A stretch of 61,056 nucleotides of DNA, filler included, from 8 parts of 8 records of this genome joined end to end with filler, not necessarily neighbours in it, one strand, 5' to 3'; shown: positions 13,801 to 25,506, counted from the whole stretch's first letter. Numbers and translations are program-made. Notes: a model not told the origin generated them from the sequence alone.

Positions 13801-16030
13801 TGGAAGCTGCGAATGGAAGCTGCTGGTCTACTGAACACAATTGTTGAGGGCATTCCATCTTCGCTGAGTGAAAGTAGCATGGATCTGAATTCAGATCACG
13901 TCATCGACGATTACGAGATGCAGCGAGGGCTGGACCGCAAAGCGCTGGCTGGAAAGTTTTTAGATACTGGCATTGATTTCGATAGCCTCATTTCACTGTG
14001 GAGCCAAGGGGTCGAGCACTTCCAAGCGCTGTCTGAGAGCAATAGTGCTGAACCAACCTCCACTTCAGTAGCTCCAGAGGTGACCACCGGCCGGAAACAA
14101 ATGCACTGCCTTAAACCAGATCAGGTGAGCCAGAATTGCCTTGCTTGCATTCAATTTCTGTGCGTGTGACAGGTCGCAGCAGAGAACCATTTGCTGTATG
14201 CCGTGCTGTCTACTGCAAGCGAGTATGATCAAGCCCTGGGTGCTGACCTCAAGCTTGGCCCGCGCATAGCAGCACAGAGCACCGCTCTCGAGGTAGCACA
14301 GACCATGTCGCGGAGCATCGAAGTTGTATCGCCATCAAAGGATCTCGTGCGTTTGCGATTTCCAAAGAGCAATGTGGTCTTCTCGAGTGAGCTCGAAAGT
14401 AACTTGAAAGCACAAATCAAGGAGTTCATGTTAGAGAACGCGTGCAGTAATTCGATTGAAAAGGCCAAGGCGTTCATGGATGAGGTTGTTGAAATGAACG
14501 ATAAGGCGATTGCACAGGTCTCATGCGCTGCTTGCCGACTGTACTAATGTTTGTTTGCGCAGCATGCAGCAATGCAACTTCCTGTTCTCGAGTCTCTATC
14601 AGCTTACACTTGGCTCATTGTCAAGCTCCCGCTCTTTCTGGCATTGACACTCAATCTAGTCCTGCTCTTGTTCTATGTCCCCCAGGTAGTACAGGATTCA
14701 CCAGAGCTTGAGCAAGTGTGCAACGCCACGATGAGCACCGACCTAAGCGCCACCAGTGAAGGCGGTGTCGACTCGTCTACTGACGGCGGATGGGAGCCGG
14801 CACAGGCTATTGTGATGCTCGCTTTAAACGTGCTGGCCGTAGTCCACCTCTGTGCCAGCACAATCAAACTGTCGTATAGCATTCTTTCAACTGCCGCAGT
14901 GGATAGTGAAATCGCGCTGTGTGATAGCAGCCTCAATCAGATGAATTTTGGTAATTCTTTGATAACACCCTTGCTTGCTCCATTTTATGCACTTGCGGTT
15001 GCAGTGTCTGGGGTAGCATCCAAGCCATCAGTGTGGCTCAATCTTCTCTCTGAGCAGTCAAATGCAACTGCGGTCGCATATCTGCTGACATCGCTGCTGG
15101 CAAACATATTCAGCCCTTACTTCTTTGCACTTCATCTACTGGACTTGATGGGGTTGCCTGCTGTGCAGATGCTCCTGCAGTCGGTGACTCACAATGGCAA
15201 GAAGCTCCTTCAGACTGCGATGGTCATCTGTTTGGTTGTATACTTCTACGCAGTCCTGGGATACACGCTGTTTCACGAGCAACACGATTCCAGCAAGTGC
15301 GATACCCTCCTACGGTGTTTCGTGACGTATCTGACGGGGGGAATTAGTGGAGATGGCATCTCAGAGGCCTTAGAGGACTTCGAAGCCCCAGAAACCCTAT
15401 TTGGCGGAAGGTCACAATGGATGCTTACACTTCTCTCGCAGACCTATCTACTTTCTGTTGTTGTGATCCTTCTCTCTGTCTCGACAGGCATCATTATTGA
15501 CAGCTTTGGGCAGCTTCGTGACGACCATAGCGAGGCATTGTCTACGCTCGAAGAAACCTGTTTCATTTGCAGCCAGGGTCAATTCGTGGTCCAGCAGCAC
15601 GGCTCATTCGAGCACCACATCAAGCATGAACACAACCTATGGGACTACGTTGCTTTCTTCCGTCGGCTAAGAACGACGGTGTGTGCTATCAATTGTGCAT
15701 TGGCTGACCGTATTCTGACAGCCACATAGAGACCTGACTGACATTGAACGATACATTGCTAACTGCTTAGAAGAAGGCAGCACCGATTGGATACCAATTG
15801 GGCGGGCAATGTGCATCATGGGTAGCAGTGAGGACAGCGGCATGGAGGAGGTGGCTTCACGGCTACGAGATGAGATGAGCGGCCGAATAGATAGAGTCTC
15901 TGCTAGGCTCGAGTCGATGGAAGAACTCGTCCGAGCCACCCACACTGCCGTTCAAGAACTTGTGCAAGCGAGTTCTCCACGAAACAGTCCCCGGGCATCT
16001 GCATTCATGTCTAGCCGTGGCAATCGTTAA
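7820..16030 (+). CDS. ITPR: Inositol 1,4,5-trisphosphate receptor-like Ca2+ release channel (~2,600 aa, multi-exon)
   Basis: N-terminal PLCYGNVVQLL and YKFRSDGDFVRFGD, MIR-like YRLKQVATGQYL, RIH-like FLRQFCRGNPQNQ and PLKRNQTLI, a TM region with GIIIDSFGQLRD, and the C-terminal TCFICS...FEHHIKHEHNLWDY zinc finger. Confidence 0.92.
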
Positions 16031-16384
16031 TTGGGAGTTCGATTCAGTCGGCTTTGACAAATCTAAGGATTCCAAGCAATCGACTTAATTCCATGTCAAG
16101 ATTGCTTGTACGTAGCTTGTACATGTACGGTACTTTCAATTGCAAGTACATGTATATTTTTATGAATAATTATTCAAGTACTTGCTGCTCAAGATAACGT
16201 GATTGTGCTTTTGTTATTGCGTCTAGATCTAGCGTATATTTACAAGATCTAGCGTATATAAACGCCGAAACGCGGACTTAGTGCACGTGAGCTGGGGTCC
16301 GCGATGCGCGATGCAAACAGTTCACGCATCATCCCCCCCTCCTAATGAACATATAGGCCTATCGACGGTCGACCTTGGTCGTCT

Positions 16385-16523
16385 GCGCTTTGCGGTTAGG
16401 GTACATGCACGTAGCGCTTTGCAGTTAGAATTAGAATTAACAGGGCCGGATTTCGCATTACGTAGCGCTTTGCGGTACCAGGTACCAATACCGTATACGT
16501 ATAAAAAAAAATTAGAATTAACA
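16385..16523. repeat. Cluster of short direct repeats
   Basis: GCGCTTTGC x3 (16385; as ACGTAGCGCTTTGC at 16409 and 16460) and ATTAGAATTAACA x2 (16430, 16511). Confidence 0.6.
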
Positions 16524-18085
16524 ATTCCAATTTGGGCGCTCGGCATTTTTTGACTGTGATTGTGGGCATTGTGGCTAAACCAGAGTGGAGAAATCTGGAC
16601 CTGACCACAGGTGCATACATCAGCCGGGGGCATGGGGCTGCCACCTGACCAGCGTGTGAGCGGCGCTACCCCGCCCAGATGAGAAGGGCCTCGGAATACA
16701 TACCCATGGCCGTGCTCGAGCCCTCCGACGGAGCCGCATCCTCCACGAAACCTGCGCCGAAGACGATGGACATCTTGGCGACGACCGTGCTGACCTCCGG
16801 GGCCGGTCCTCAGGCCAGACTGGGGATCAAACGGCCGCATCCGCGCAGTCAGGACCTGGGGACGATAGATCAGGTCCATGCCCTCCGGGTCCCGCCCGCA
16901 TGACCTTTATCGTGCAGCCCACTCGCTCGCGGCCTGTCGAGAGGGCAATGTTCCAGGTGCCTGGACGCAGGGCGCATGATGCGCCGAGGCAAGTGACGCT
17001 TAGCGCGCCACTCGCGCCACCGCGAGGCGCTCCGGCACATGTGCGTCGACGCTCCACGGACGCGCCCTCTCACGCTGTGTGTTGCGCAGGGTCCGGCCAG
17101 TTGGAATTGGTGTACAGCAGCAGGGTCATCGACAATCATAAAGACTTACCCGCCCTCCCAGTTTGGCGGCGGTGCGCCGCCGGGCCCGACAGGCCAAGTC
17201 GGCGCGATCTCAATCGCACAGTGGCAGCAGCTCCTAGCAAAGCAGGCACACCAGGCAGGATGGAACCAGCAGCCTGCTCGGCCCTGTTTGCCTGAAGCCG
17301 ACATTCAGCGCCAGCTCGCCCGAGTGGTCGACGTGGGCTCGACGTCTGCATTCTCTGCGCCAGCAGCGAGCATAGCTGCTGCGGGCGGTGCGCCAGGCCC
17401 TGTGCTTCGCCCGGAGCCACAGAGGGTGGCTAGCGCCTTTCAGCTGCGCAGTGGACTGGTAATAGATTCCTTGCCCGGTGCTCGCCGCTGAAGCTGGGGG
17501 CAGCCAAGGGCTACAACCGGTGATACTGCCACTGGCAGAGCCGCCGACCAGATGGCATCAGCGGTTGGAGGTCATGCTGTCGCCACTGTGCAATGTGCTA
17601 GGACCATCGACAAGGTGGCCTCTCAGGAGCCTGGCGCCCAGGGCGAAGGGCGGGTTTCCCCACCAATAGAGTACATCGATAACGACGCTAGTCCAGGCTG
17701 CAAGCCTGTGAGCACCATCTTGCTGCTGTGCCTGCTCAGTGTGCTTCAGGTGATATTGCTTCATCGGTATCGATGCCGGTACTGCAGCAGAATCAAGGTA
17801 TCTGCATCCGCGGGGCTAGATGGTCGGTACCGGATCCGGTGGGCCTCTCGTTCAGAGGCGGGTGGTGCTGAGCCGGGGTAAGGTGCGAGTGTGGGGGCAA
17901 GTACGGCGACGGGGTCAGGCGGATGCATGCGATGTACCTGAGCTGACCAGGCGTATGATTGAGGAGTGGACTGCAGGTGGGATGTGTTAGCACTGCCACC
18001 CACTGTGGTGCCCACTGCGGTACTGTCACCCACTGAAGCGCAGTCTGTACCCATCGGACCAACTGCATTTAATGCAGAAGTTGTC

Positions 18086-18185
18086 NNNNNNNNNNNNNNN
18101 NNNNNNNNNNNNNNNNNNNNNNNNNNNNNTTAATTAATTAANNNNNNNNNNNNNNNNNNNNNNNNNNNNNNNNNNNNNNNNNNNN
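18086..18185. other. Artificial contig linker
   Basis: N44-TTAATTAATTAA-N44. Confidence 0.98.
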
Positions 18186-19684
18186 AGGACACAGGCTTCC
18201 CATCCCACTTAGCTATACTTTTTCCATCGCTATATGTCGGGAAGTGAAGTGCCCGTCGCCAACCACTGTAAAGCATGGTGCCTTCAAATGTACTGGACAA
18301 CGCTATGGAGACAAATGCTCGTACAGATGTGACGCAGGCTACGAGCTGATTGGTGATCAGGAGATTCGAAGCTGCAAACAAAGTGGCAAGTGGTCTGGCA
18401 ACAAGGTGGTCTGCAGGAAGCGAAACTGTGGGGCTCTTGCTGCACCGGTGAATGGACGGAAGAAGTGTACTGGGAAAACTGTGGGTAAAAAGTGCGAGTT
18501 CAGCTGCGGAGTGGGATTCCAAATTAATGCTCGCGGGGCAAAACGAGTGTGTCAGGAAAATGGGCTATGGAGTGGTCAAGTCTCAAGCTGCCTTGCTCTT
18601 GATTGTGGGAAGCCCAGAGCAGAGGGTGTCGAGTTTGTGTGCAAGCATGGCCATAGACTTGGCAGTACATGTACATTGCGTTGTCCTCCTGGTTTTCAAG
18701 TCACTGGGAGTAAAAAGACCGAGTGCCAGCCATCCGGGCGATGGTCTGGTAAGCTTGAATGCCTTCGAAGCACTTGCGAGCAGCCCAAGGAACCTGCCTT
18801 TGGTAAGCTTAAATGTAATGGGCACACTCTGGGTAAGCAATGCACCCTGACATGTCAAGAGGGATACAACATTGTTGGAAGCAGAACCCGGACCTGAATG
18901 TAAACCAAGCCGTAGCTGGAGCCAGGGCAGGATGACCTGCCAGGATACACAGAATTCTTTGGAATCAAAAGCCACGTACCTGGAGCTGCAAAATGGCATC
19001 CGCAAACCATCATGGGGTATAGGAATGCAGGCAGACAATGCTTTGCATGTTGGTTATGGAATGCCAAGTCCGATGAAACGAAATGATTCACTGATCATAG
19101 CAAGGAGTCGAATCCAAATAGCGTCTGATGTAGTTTTTCATAGCAATCCAAAATACTATGAGCTCAAAGGCGACAGGCCAACCCTCACAAAATTCGAAAA
19201 GCAGGCCAAACCTGCGCCACGTTTCAAACAGAGCAATGCCACAGTAGCTTCAAATATGCAGGAGGTGCCCACTACAACAAACCGTTCAATCAGCTTGAAT
19301 GGACCAGCGGAGCCAATACTTAAGTACAGCTCTTTTGACGATGTTAGTCTAAGCATTGAGTCCATCTCATCGAAGAGCAATCATGAGGTAAGATTAATCT
19401 ATTTGGCTGATGATTGTGCAATGATTGTTTGCATTGCCATTGCTCACCCTGAATCAGGCGTGTATGCTTCGCTAAGGCTGGATTTGCTGCAGGCTTTTGT
19501 GGAGATGCGGACCAAGATGCAACACTCGTGGCGCATTTCAATGCATGGGGACGGCAAATTGCACATCTCCTACTCTGAGGTTGGTTCAAAAGAAGCCGGA
19601 GAAAGCATCATGCACTTCACATCAAGTGGAGCTGTGCATTTTAATAAGAAAGTTAGCTTTGGTGGTAGAACAATGATAATCTAA
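18186..19684 (+). pseudogene. Sushi/CCP-repeat protein (5' partial) with a 4-nt frameshifting insertion
   Basis: Four CCP modules (C-x2-P...C...C-x2-GY-x-L-x-G...C...G-x-WS...C). Removing TGAA at 18895-18898 restores GSRTRTCKPSRSWSQGRMTC. Could be a pseudogene or an assembly error. Confidence 0.7.
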
Positions 19685-20445
19685 TAAATAATAGAGAGTA
19701 TTTTGGTTTTACACTATATACGGTGCACACTTCTACCATTCGCCGCTGTGCTAACAACCGCTTAAAATCTATAAGTAAAACGTTCGGAAAGGGAACCGAA
19801 ATTCCGACAAGGTGTTCGGGCCTCGCTCGAGGCTTGAGCGAGCTTGACTGAGCGTGCGCCCTCCAAATGGAGGCGGATACGTGCCGGCGTGAGTACCCCA
19901 CATGGTGCCAGTCTTGTTCAACATCTAAAGTGTATACGAAATTTTAATGAACTGGTGTGATTAAATTAACTGTTTTTGGTCGTTTGATTTTTTCATTTTA
20001 CATTTTTTTTGGTCTCTTCATCCGGTTTTATCTCGGATCATGAGTACTTCGTAAGCTTTGCCTGTTTTTGGTCTGAATTCTTGTGAACAGCCACAGTTAC
20101 GGATACGCGCATATGCACAGAAAGGAAATAGAAGGCGGAAAAGCTTTGGCAATACTGACACTGGCAGGCCAACATGTACCTACTCAGGTAAGTCCCTTGG
20201 GTCCAAACATCGATTATACTTGTGTGCTTGACAGCAACTACATGTATCTTGATATGATCAAACCAGGAGTTTGCAGCAGCTTGTGGTTTAGACCTCTATC
20301 TCCTTCCAAACACAGCATTGAGCATATGCAGGGCTATAATTTTTCAGAGTGGCGGTTGTTGTTACGGCATTTTGGGGGTGATTTCGCACAGCTTGTAAGC
20401 GTGATGTCTTGTCTGCTTGTAGATGCATCCAATCATTCTAATTAA

Positions 20446-23274
20446 TCAATGGATCTTGGTCGTGACAAAGGCGTGCTCAAGCGCCTGCCCTCCTGATTAG
20501 TACACAGCGCAAGCTGGCTGGCGACCTGCTGTGGTGTGTACCTCGCATCACTATTGAGTTGAAGGCAGCTGTGCAGCAGGTCGCATAGCAGCCTGACCAT
20601 CTTGGCCTCATCCTGCCCGCTGCCCTCAGCTGGCCATTCGCACCCCAAGGCCACCGGATTTTTGAGCTGATGCGGCATCAGCAGTTTGATCAGATCTTTC
20701 TCTGGCTTCTGGTCAATTGTTATGATCTTGATTGACTGCTTCTTGGTGGCTTTATCCTCCATCACCTGGCCCTCTGGATCAGCCCGGCGCCAGTCGAGCT
20801 GGGCACCCGCAGGAACTTGAAATCGTCAGTGAAGTCGACAGGTCGCTGCAGCTCCATCTGCTTGAGGCTCGACCGCTTGAGCAGCTTGTTGGGGAACTTG
20901 CCCTTGATCTCCATGAATCGCCGGAGCATGTCGTTGTTGGTGTTGCCTGGGAACATCACCTTGCCGGTGTACAGCTCGTACAAGCAGGTTGCAATGCTCC
21001 ACATGTCGATCCCATAGTCGTACTTGATGCACAGCGTGATCTCCGGCGCCCGGTACCAGCGCGAGACCAAGTAGGGCGTGATGTCGGCCTCATCAATGAA
21101 CGAAGCCGAGCCAAAGTCACAAATCTTGATCTGGTTGTGCCGGTCATTCACAAGGATGTTGTCCGGCTTGATGTCGGCGTGTATCACCTTGCAGTGCTTC
21201 AAGTGCTTCAGCCCTACAAACATCTGCTTGGCAAACTTGTGCACAGCGCCCACGTTGATTCCTCTATTGTTGCCAAATTTCTTGATAACCTCTCGCAAGT
21301 TCATCGAGAGGGCTTCAAACACCAAGCACAGGTGCCCGTGCAGCCAGAAGTGCTCGTGCAGCTGCACAATGTTGTGCTTGTCTGCGCCGTTATTCTTGGC
21401 CAGCAGCTGCAGGATGTTGAGCTCCTTATCCCCGGCCTTCTTCATCATATCGTTGTTCCGGATGATCTTGATTGCCACTTCTGCATTCTCGCGGACAGGC
21501 TGCGTGTCCTTGGCCCGCAGCACGTTTGAGAACACGCCCTTGCCTGTGACCTCGTACACGTCGTATCGGTCGTGCATCTTCTCGCCCATCTGGAACTTGT
21601 AGTAGCCGTCCGCATCGTCCCAGTTGTCTACGTCCAGCTGGTTGCCCGACCGTTCAAACGCGGCCTGCTGTCCACCGGCCAGCCGCTCAGGGTTGTCATC
21701 AAACATGTCGTACATGTCCAGCCCGACCTTGGGCTTGCGCTCTATCTGGTCCAGCTCCTCCTGGCGCATTTCGAGCTGCAAACACAGGCTCAGACACAGA
21801 GTGTCAAACACGACCCGGCTAATCCTAACTTTGACCCTAACCCTATGATGTGGCTACAGTGAGTGTGCGGATAGACAGAGGGACTTCCATCGTGGTGGTG
21901 AGCACTCACGGTGGGCCAGTTGCATCCGATGCACTCTGGCACAAGAGCTCTAGAGATCAATGCCAGCCCATCTCAAAGGACCGCAGATCTCAGTTTTGTG
22001 CTCTAGACGACCTACTAGGCGGCACGGGAGGTCATCACCTCATCCACGTCGCCTGCCTTGACATTGTCGCCAGCATCGTCCTTATCCTCCTCCTCGGTCT
22101 CCTCAGGCTGCTTACTCAGGTCGCTCTGGGGTGCAGCTTCGGCTTGAGCCCCGTTCTGCAGCTTATCTTGCTTGTGCTTCTCCATGATTGCCTGCCGCCG
22201 CCGCCGGCTCGCTTCAATAGGGTCTATCTCCTCCTCCGAGTCGTCCGAGTCCTCCTCGCCATCACCCATCGCCTGCATCTGCTCCTGCACGCGCCGCTGG
22301 TATTCCTCCTCCTCGGCCTTCTTCTTCTCCTCGGCTTGCTTCTCGGCCTCAGCCGCCGCCGCGTCCTGCTTCTTTGGCCGCTCCGGCTCTCGACGTTCGT
22401 TCTCCCTCGGGCGCGCGGGCGGTCTGGCTCTGCCGGCGTCTCTCCGGTCGTCGTGGTGCCGCCGATCATCACGGGGCCTGTCTCTCCGATCGCGAGAGCG
22501 CTCTCTCCGATCTCGCGACCTGCCCCTGCGCCACGTGAGCCCCCTGCACCACCCTGGCGCACCTTCTATCATGGTTCCCCCTGTCGCGGCTATCCTCGCG
22601 CGGCCTATCTCTACGATCCCGAGAGCGGTCTCGCCCGCGGTCTCTGTCGCGGTCTCTATCGCGATCATCCCGCTCGCCGTCGTATCGCCTGAGCTGCCTA
22701 CTGTCTTCCCTGTCACCGGATCTGCGGTCATCCTGCCTGGCACCATCCTGCAGGAAAAGCCCCCGGTCAGTTCCAGCCCCCGCCCACACACCGGTCTAGA
22801 TATGAAATAAGCACAAGAGCTACTGGCACAGACCCCAGGGGAATGGATCGATCTGGGAGCTGATCTTGCAATTAGGCCCGGCTACGCTGGACTGCACACT
22901 TGCTGATGACACAGCCACCCTCCCATAATTGCGCAAATGTACCTGCTTCAGGGGCGAGCCGGACCGCGAGCCCGACCGATCCCTGGCCTGCTCCCGCACT
23001 CAGACCGAGCGCGCGGGCCAAGTTCACCTCCGGAGACGACCCGCGCTCCCTATCTTTCTTATGCTTCTTGTGCTTCTTGTGCTTGTGCTCCTTGTGCCGT
23101 TTGGAGGACCCGCCAGCCTGCCCTGAAGCTCAGCCGGTCGCCCGCCCGCCCGCGCACCTCGTCCCCTTCCCGCTTGCGCTTGTACTCATCCCTGTCGTCC
23201 TCCTTCTCCGGGCTCCGCTCCACCGCCCGGGCCGCCTCCGGCTTGGCCCCGCCCAGCTCGCCGTCCTCGATCAT
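20446..23274 (-). CDS. PRPF4B: Serine/threonine kinase PRP4 (spliceosomal), multi-exon
   Basis: RS/RD-rich N-terminus with HKHKKHKKHK, then DNWDDADGYY, GKGVFSNV, HADIKPDNIL and ITPYLVSRWYRAPE, which are PRP4K signatures. Ends ALEHAFVTTKIH* after splicing. Confidence 0.95.
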
Positions 23275-23502
23275 TCCCCCCAGATCTGCTACGCCGGTCG
23301 CCTCGCACTCGGTTCACGCCGTCGCACTCGGGAGTAGCCGCGAGCGTCTAAGCTTTGCTGCTCACACTTGCAACCCCCGGGCGAACGTGCGTCACTAAGC
23401 TGAGACGGCACGCTCTACCGAGACAACATCAGGCGGTACCAGGCTCGGACTCTCCAGCGAGGCGACCGCGGCAACGGCACGCAGGGCGCGAGCCGAAGCA
23501 GC
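23275..23502. promoter_or_regulatory. Probable bidirectional promoter (PRP4 kinase / RNPS1)
   Basis: 228 nt between divergent ATGs. Inferred from geometry. Confidence 0.5.
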
Positions 23503-24792
23503 ATGCCCTCCTCCGACGAGAAGGCCGAGAAGGCAGAGGAGGAGGAGCGCAAGGAGGAGCGCAAGGAGGATAAGGAGGAGGATAAGGAGGAGGAGAAGGA
23601 GGAGCCCAAGGATGAGGAGGAGCCGCGCCCAGACAGGCCCGAGAAGCGCAAGGAGGACGACCGGCGCCGGTTCGCGCGCCCTGCGAGCCAGCGGGCGAGC
23701 CGGCCGGACAGAGACAAGGAGGAGAGCACGGAGGAATCGACAGTGTTGCACGTGAACAACCTGACGCGGAACGTGAACCAGGCGCACCTGCAGGAGATCT
23801 TTGGCAACTACGGTGCTCCTGCGCAGGCCGATCGGGCCGATGCTGGACAGGCCGAGTCAAGAGTGTGGAGATAGCGATGGACAGGCGGCTCAACCTGCCG
23901 CGCGGATTTGCGTACGTCGACTTCGAGGTGCCCCGCTCGATCGCCAGTGGCGAGCTTCTGGGGCAGACTCGGGCCGAAGCCACCAAGGCGATGGAGGCTA
24001 TGCACAAGGGGCAGGTGGACGGCAAGGAGCTGGCGATCCAGTTTGTAGTGCTCCCCTCCAGGGACCGCGCAGCCCCCAAAGACCGGTGCCCTCCTTCCCC
24101 ACCCCGCTCTCACCGCACCGCAGTGAAGCACCGCCTCCCCGACGCCGCTCACCACCACGCCGCTCACCACCACGAGGCGATCGCGGCCCACCGCGTGGCC
24201 GCGACCGCGACGATCGCGGCCCACCACGTGGCCGCGACCGCGACGACCGGGGTCCTCCCCGCGGCCGCAGCCGTGACCGCGACGATCGGGGCCCTCCCCG
24301 CCGGCGTGACAGTCGGAGCCCGCCGAGGAGGGACCGCGACGACCGTGGCCCGCCCCGCCGGGAGGAAGAGCGGCGGCGCTCACCACCTCGGCGCGGCCGA
24401 TCGCGTAGCCCGCCGGTGAGCCTGGGACGCGGGCCGTCTGAATGGGGGCAGCGCCGGAGCGGCCGATCGCGATCTCCTCGACGCAGAGACGACAGGAGGC
24501 CAAACCAGGTGCGGATAGTGCGGCTAGGGCTAGATAGGCCGCTACAAGTTTGATCGGTCCCGCTGGCCGTGCGGTGCCGATTTCAATGTAGCGGTAGAGC
24601 AGCCCCTCCGGCTAGCTTAGCGCCAGCCCCTGCTGGGTTGGTCGCTCAATTTACCGGCGGCACACTGCAACCGACCAGGCCCAGACTGATTGTGGGGGAC
24701 AGCGGCGGCGCAGCCGGGGCCGGAGCTCCTCCTCCTCCTCCAGCTCGAGCTCCAGTTCGAGCAGCGGCAGCCCCGAGCGCTCCAAGAAGTGA
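23503..24792 (+). CDS. RNPS1: RNPS1 / SR45-like splicing and EJC factor (RRM + RS domain)
   Basis: RRM VLHVNNLTRNVNQAHLQEIFGNYG...LPRGFAYVDFE...MHKGQVDG, followed by RRRSPPRR repeats. The last exon ends TGA at 24790-24792. Confidence 0.9.
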
Positions 24793-24793
24793 T

Positions 24794-24893
24794 NNNNNNN
24801 NNNNNNNNNNNNNNNNNNNNNNNNNNNNNNNNNNNNNTTAATTAATTAANNNNNNNNNNNNNNNNNNNNNNNNNNNNNNNNNNNNNNNNNNNN
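24794..24893. other. Artificial contig linker
   Basis: N44-TTAATTAATTAA-N44. Confidence 0.98.
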
Positions 24894-25109
24894 GCCCCCT
24901 GCACATTTAGGCGCATGCGCAGAGTCAAGGTCCAGCATTACTCAAGCGCATGTACCGACAAACAATATAATAATGCCACCACATGCTCCGGTGATAAAGA
25001 GCAGAAAGTGTGCCTATGCTACCCAAACAGTGATTGCGAAAAAAGTGGCTATGTGGAATGCGAAGAAAAATGTACAATCATGTAATTGCTGAAGCAAATT
25101 ACATGATCA

Positions 25110-25160
25110 ATTGTACTCGTACGAGTACAATCATCGTACATGATTGTACTCGTACGAGTA
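25110..25160. repeat. Palindromic intergenic repeat (two copies)
   Basis: Perfect 22-nt palindrome ATTGTACTCGTACGAGTACAAT at 25110-25131 and a partial copy at 25143-25160. Related copies occur on other contigs. Confidence 0.8.
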
Positions 25161-25506
25161 TATACAATTGTATAGTGAGTCATGAATATTACACGATTAT
25201 GTTTGTACATAAAATCTTGTAAGTTTATAGAGATCGGATTCTTAGTTTAAAATGAGCGATTCACGATTTGCTCGTGTATTCTGGACCGGCCGCGACACCT
25301 CGCTGCTCACTCGCGCCGGCAGTGACGGGAGGCACTTTTGATAATGGTGTTAGAGTCTGTTGTTCTCAGAACTATACAAGGTACTGATCTAAATTGAGTA
25401 AGCTAACTAAGCTTAGATCCGGCCGCGGCTGGGAGACTGCTCGCGATCGGGACGCTGCCAATGCTGGATGAATGCTGGACCTTGACTCGAGTCTTCGGCG
25501 CATGGA

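Noticed and set aside
21818-21846. Telomere-like CCCTAACCCTA in the PRP4K intron (also GGGGTTAGGGTTCGGG at 3989-4004)
   Set aside because: Two or fewer perfect units, internal to contigs. Too short to call a telomere or healing site.
21985-22038. Box C/D snoRNA in the 263-nt PRP4K intron (GTGATGA ... CTGA on the minus strand)
   Set aside because: The box C match coincides with the splice donor, and I saw no terminal stem or recognisable rRNA guide. Needs snoscan/Infernal.
24130-24420. Tandem 33-nt repeats (DDRGPPRGRDR) as a separate repeat element
   Set aside because: Coding low-complexity RS/RD domain of RNPS1.
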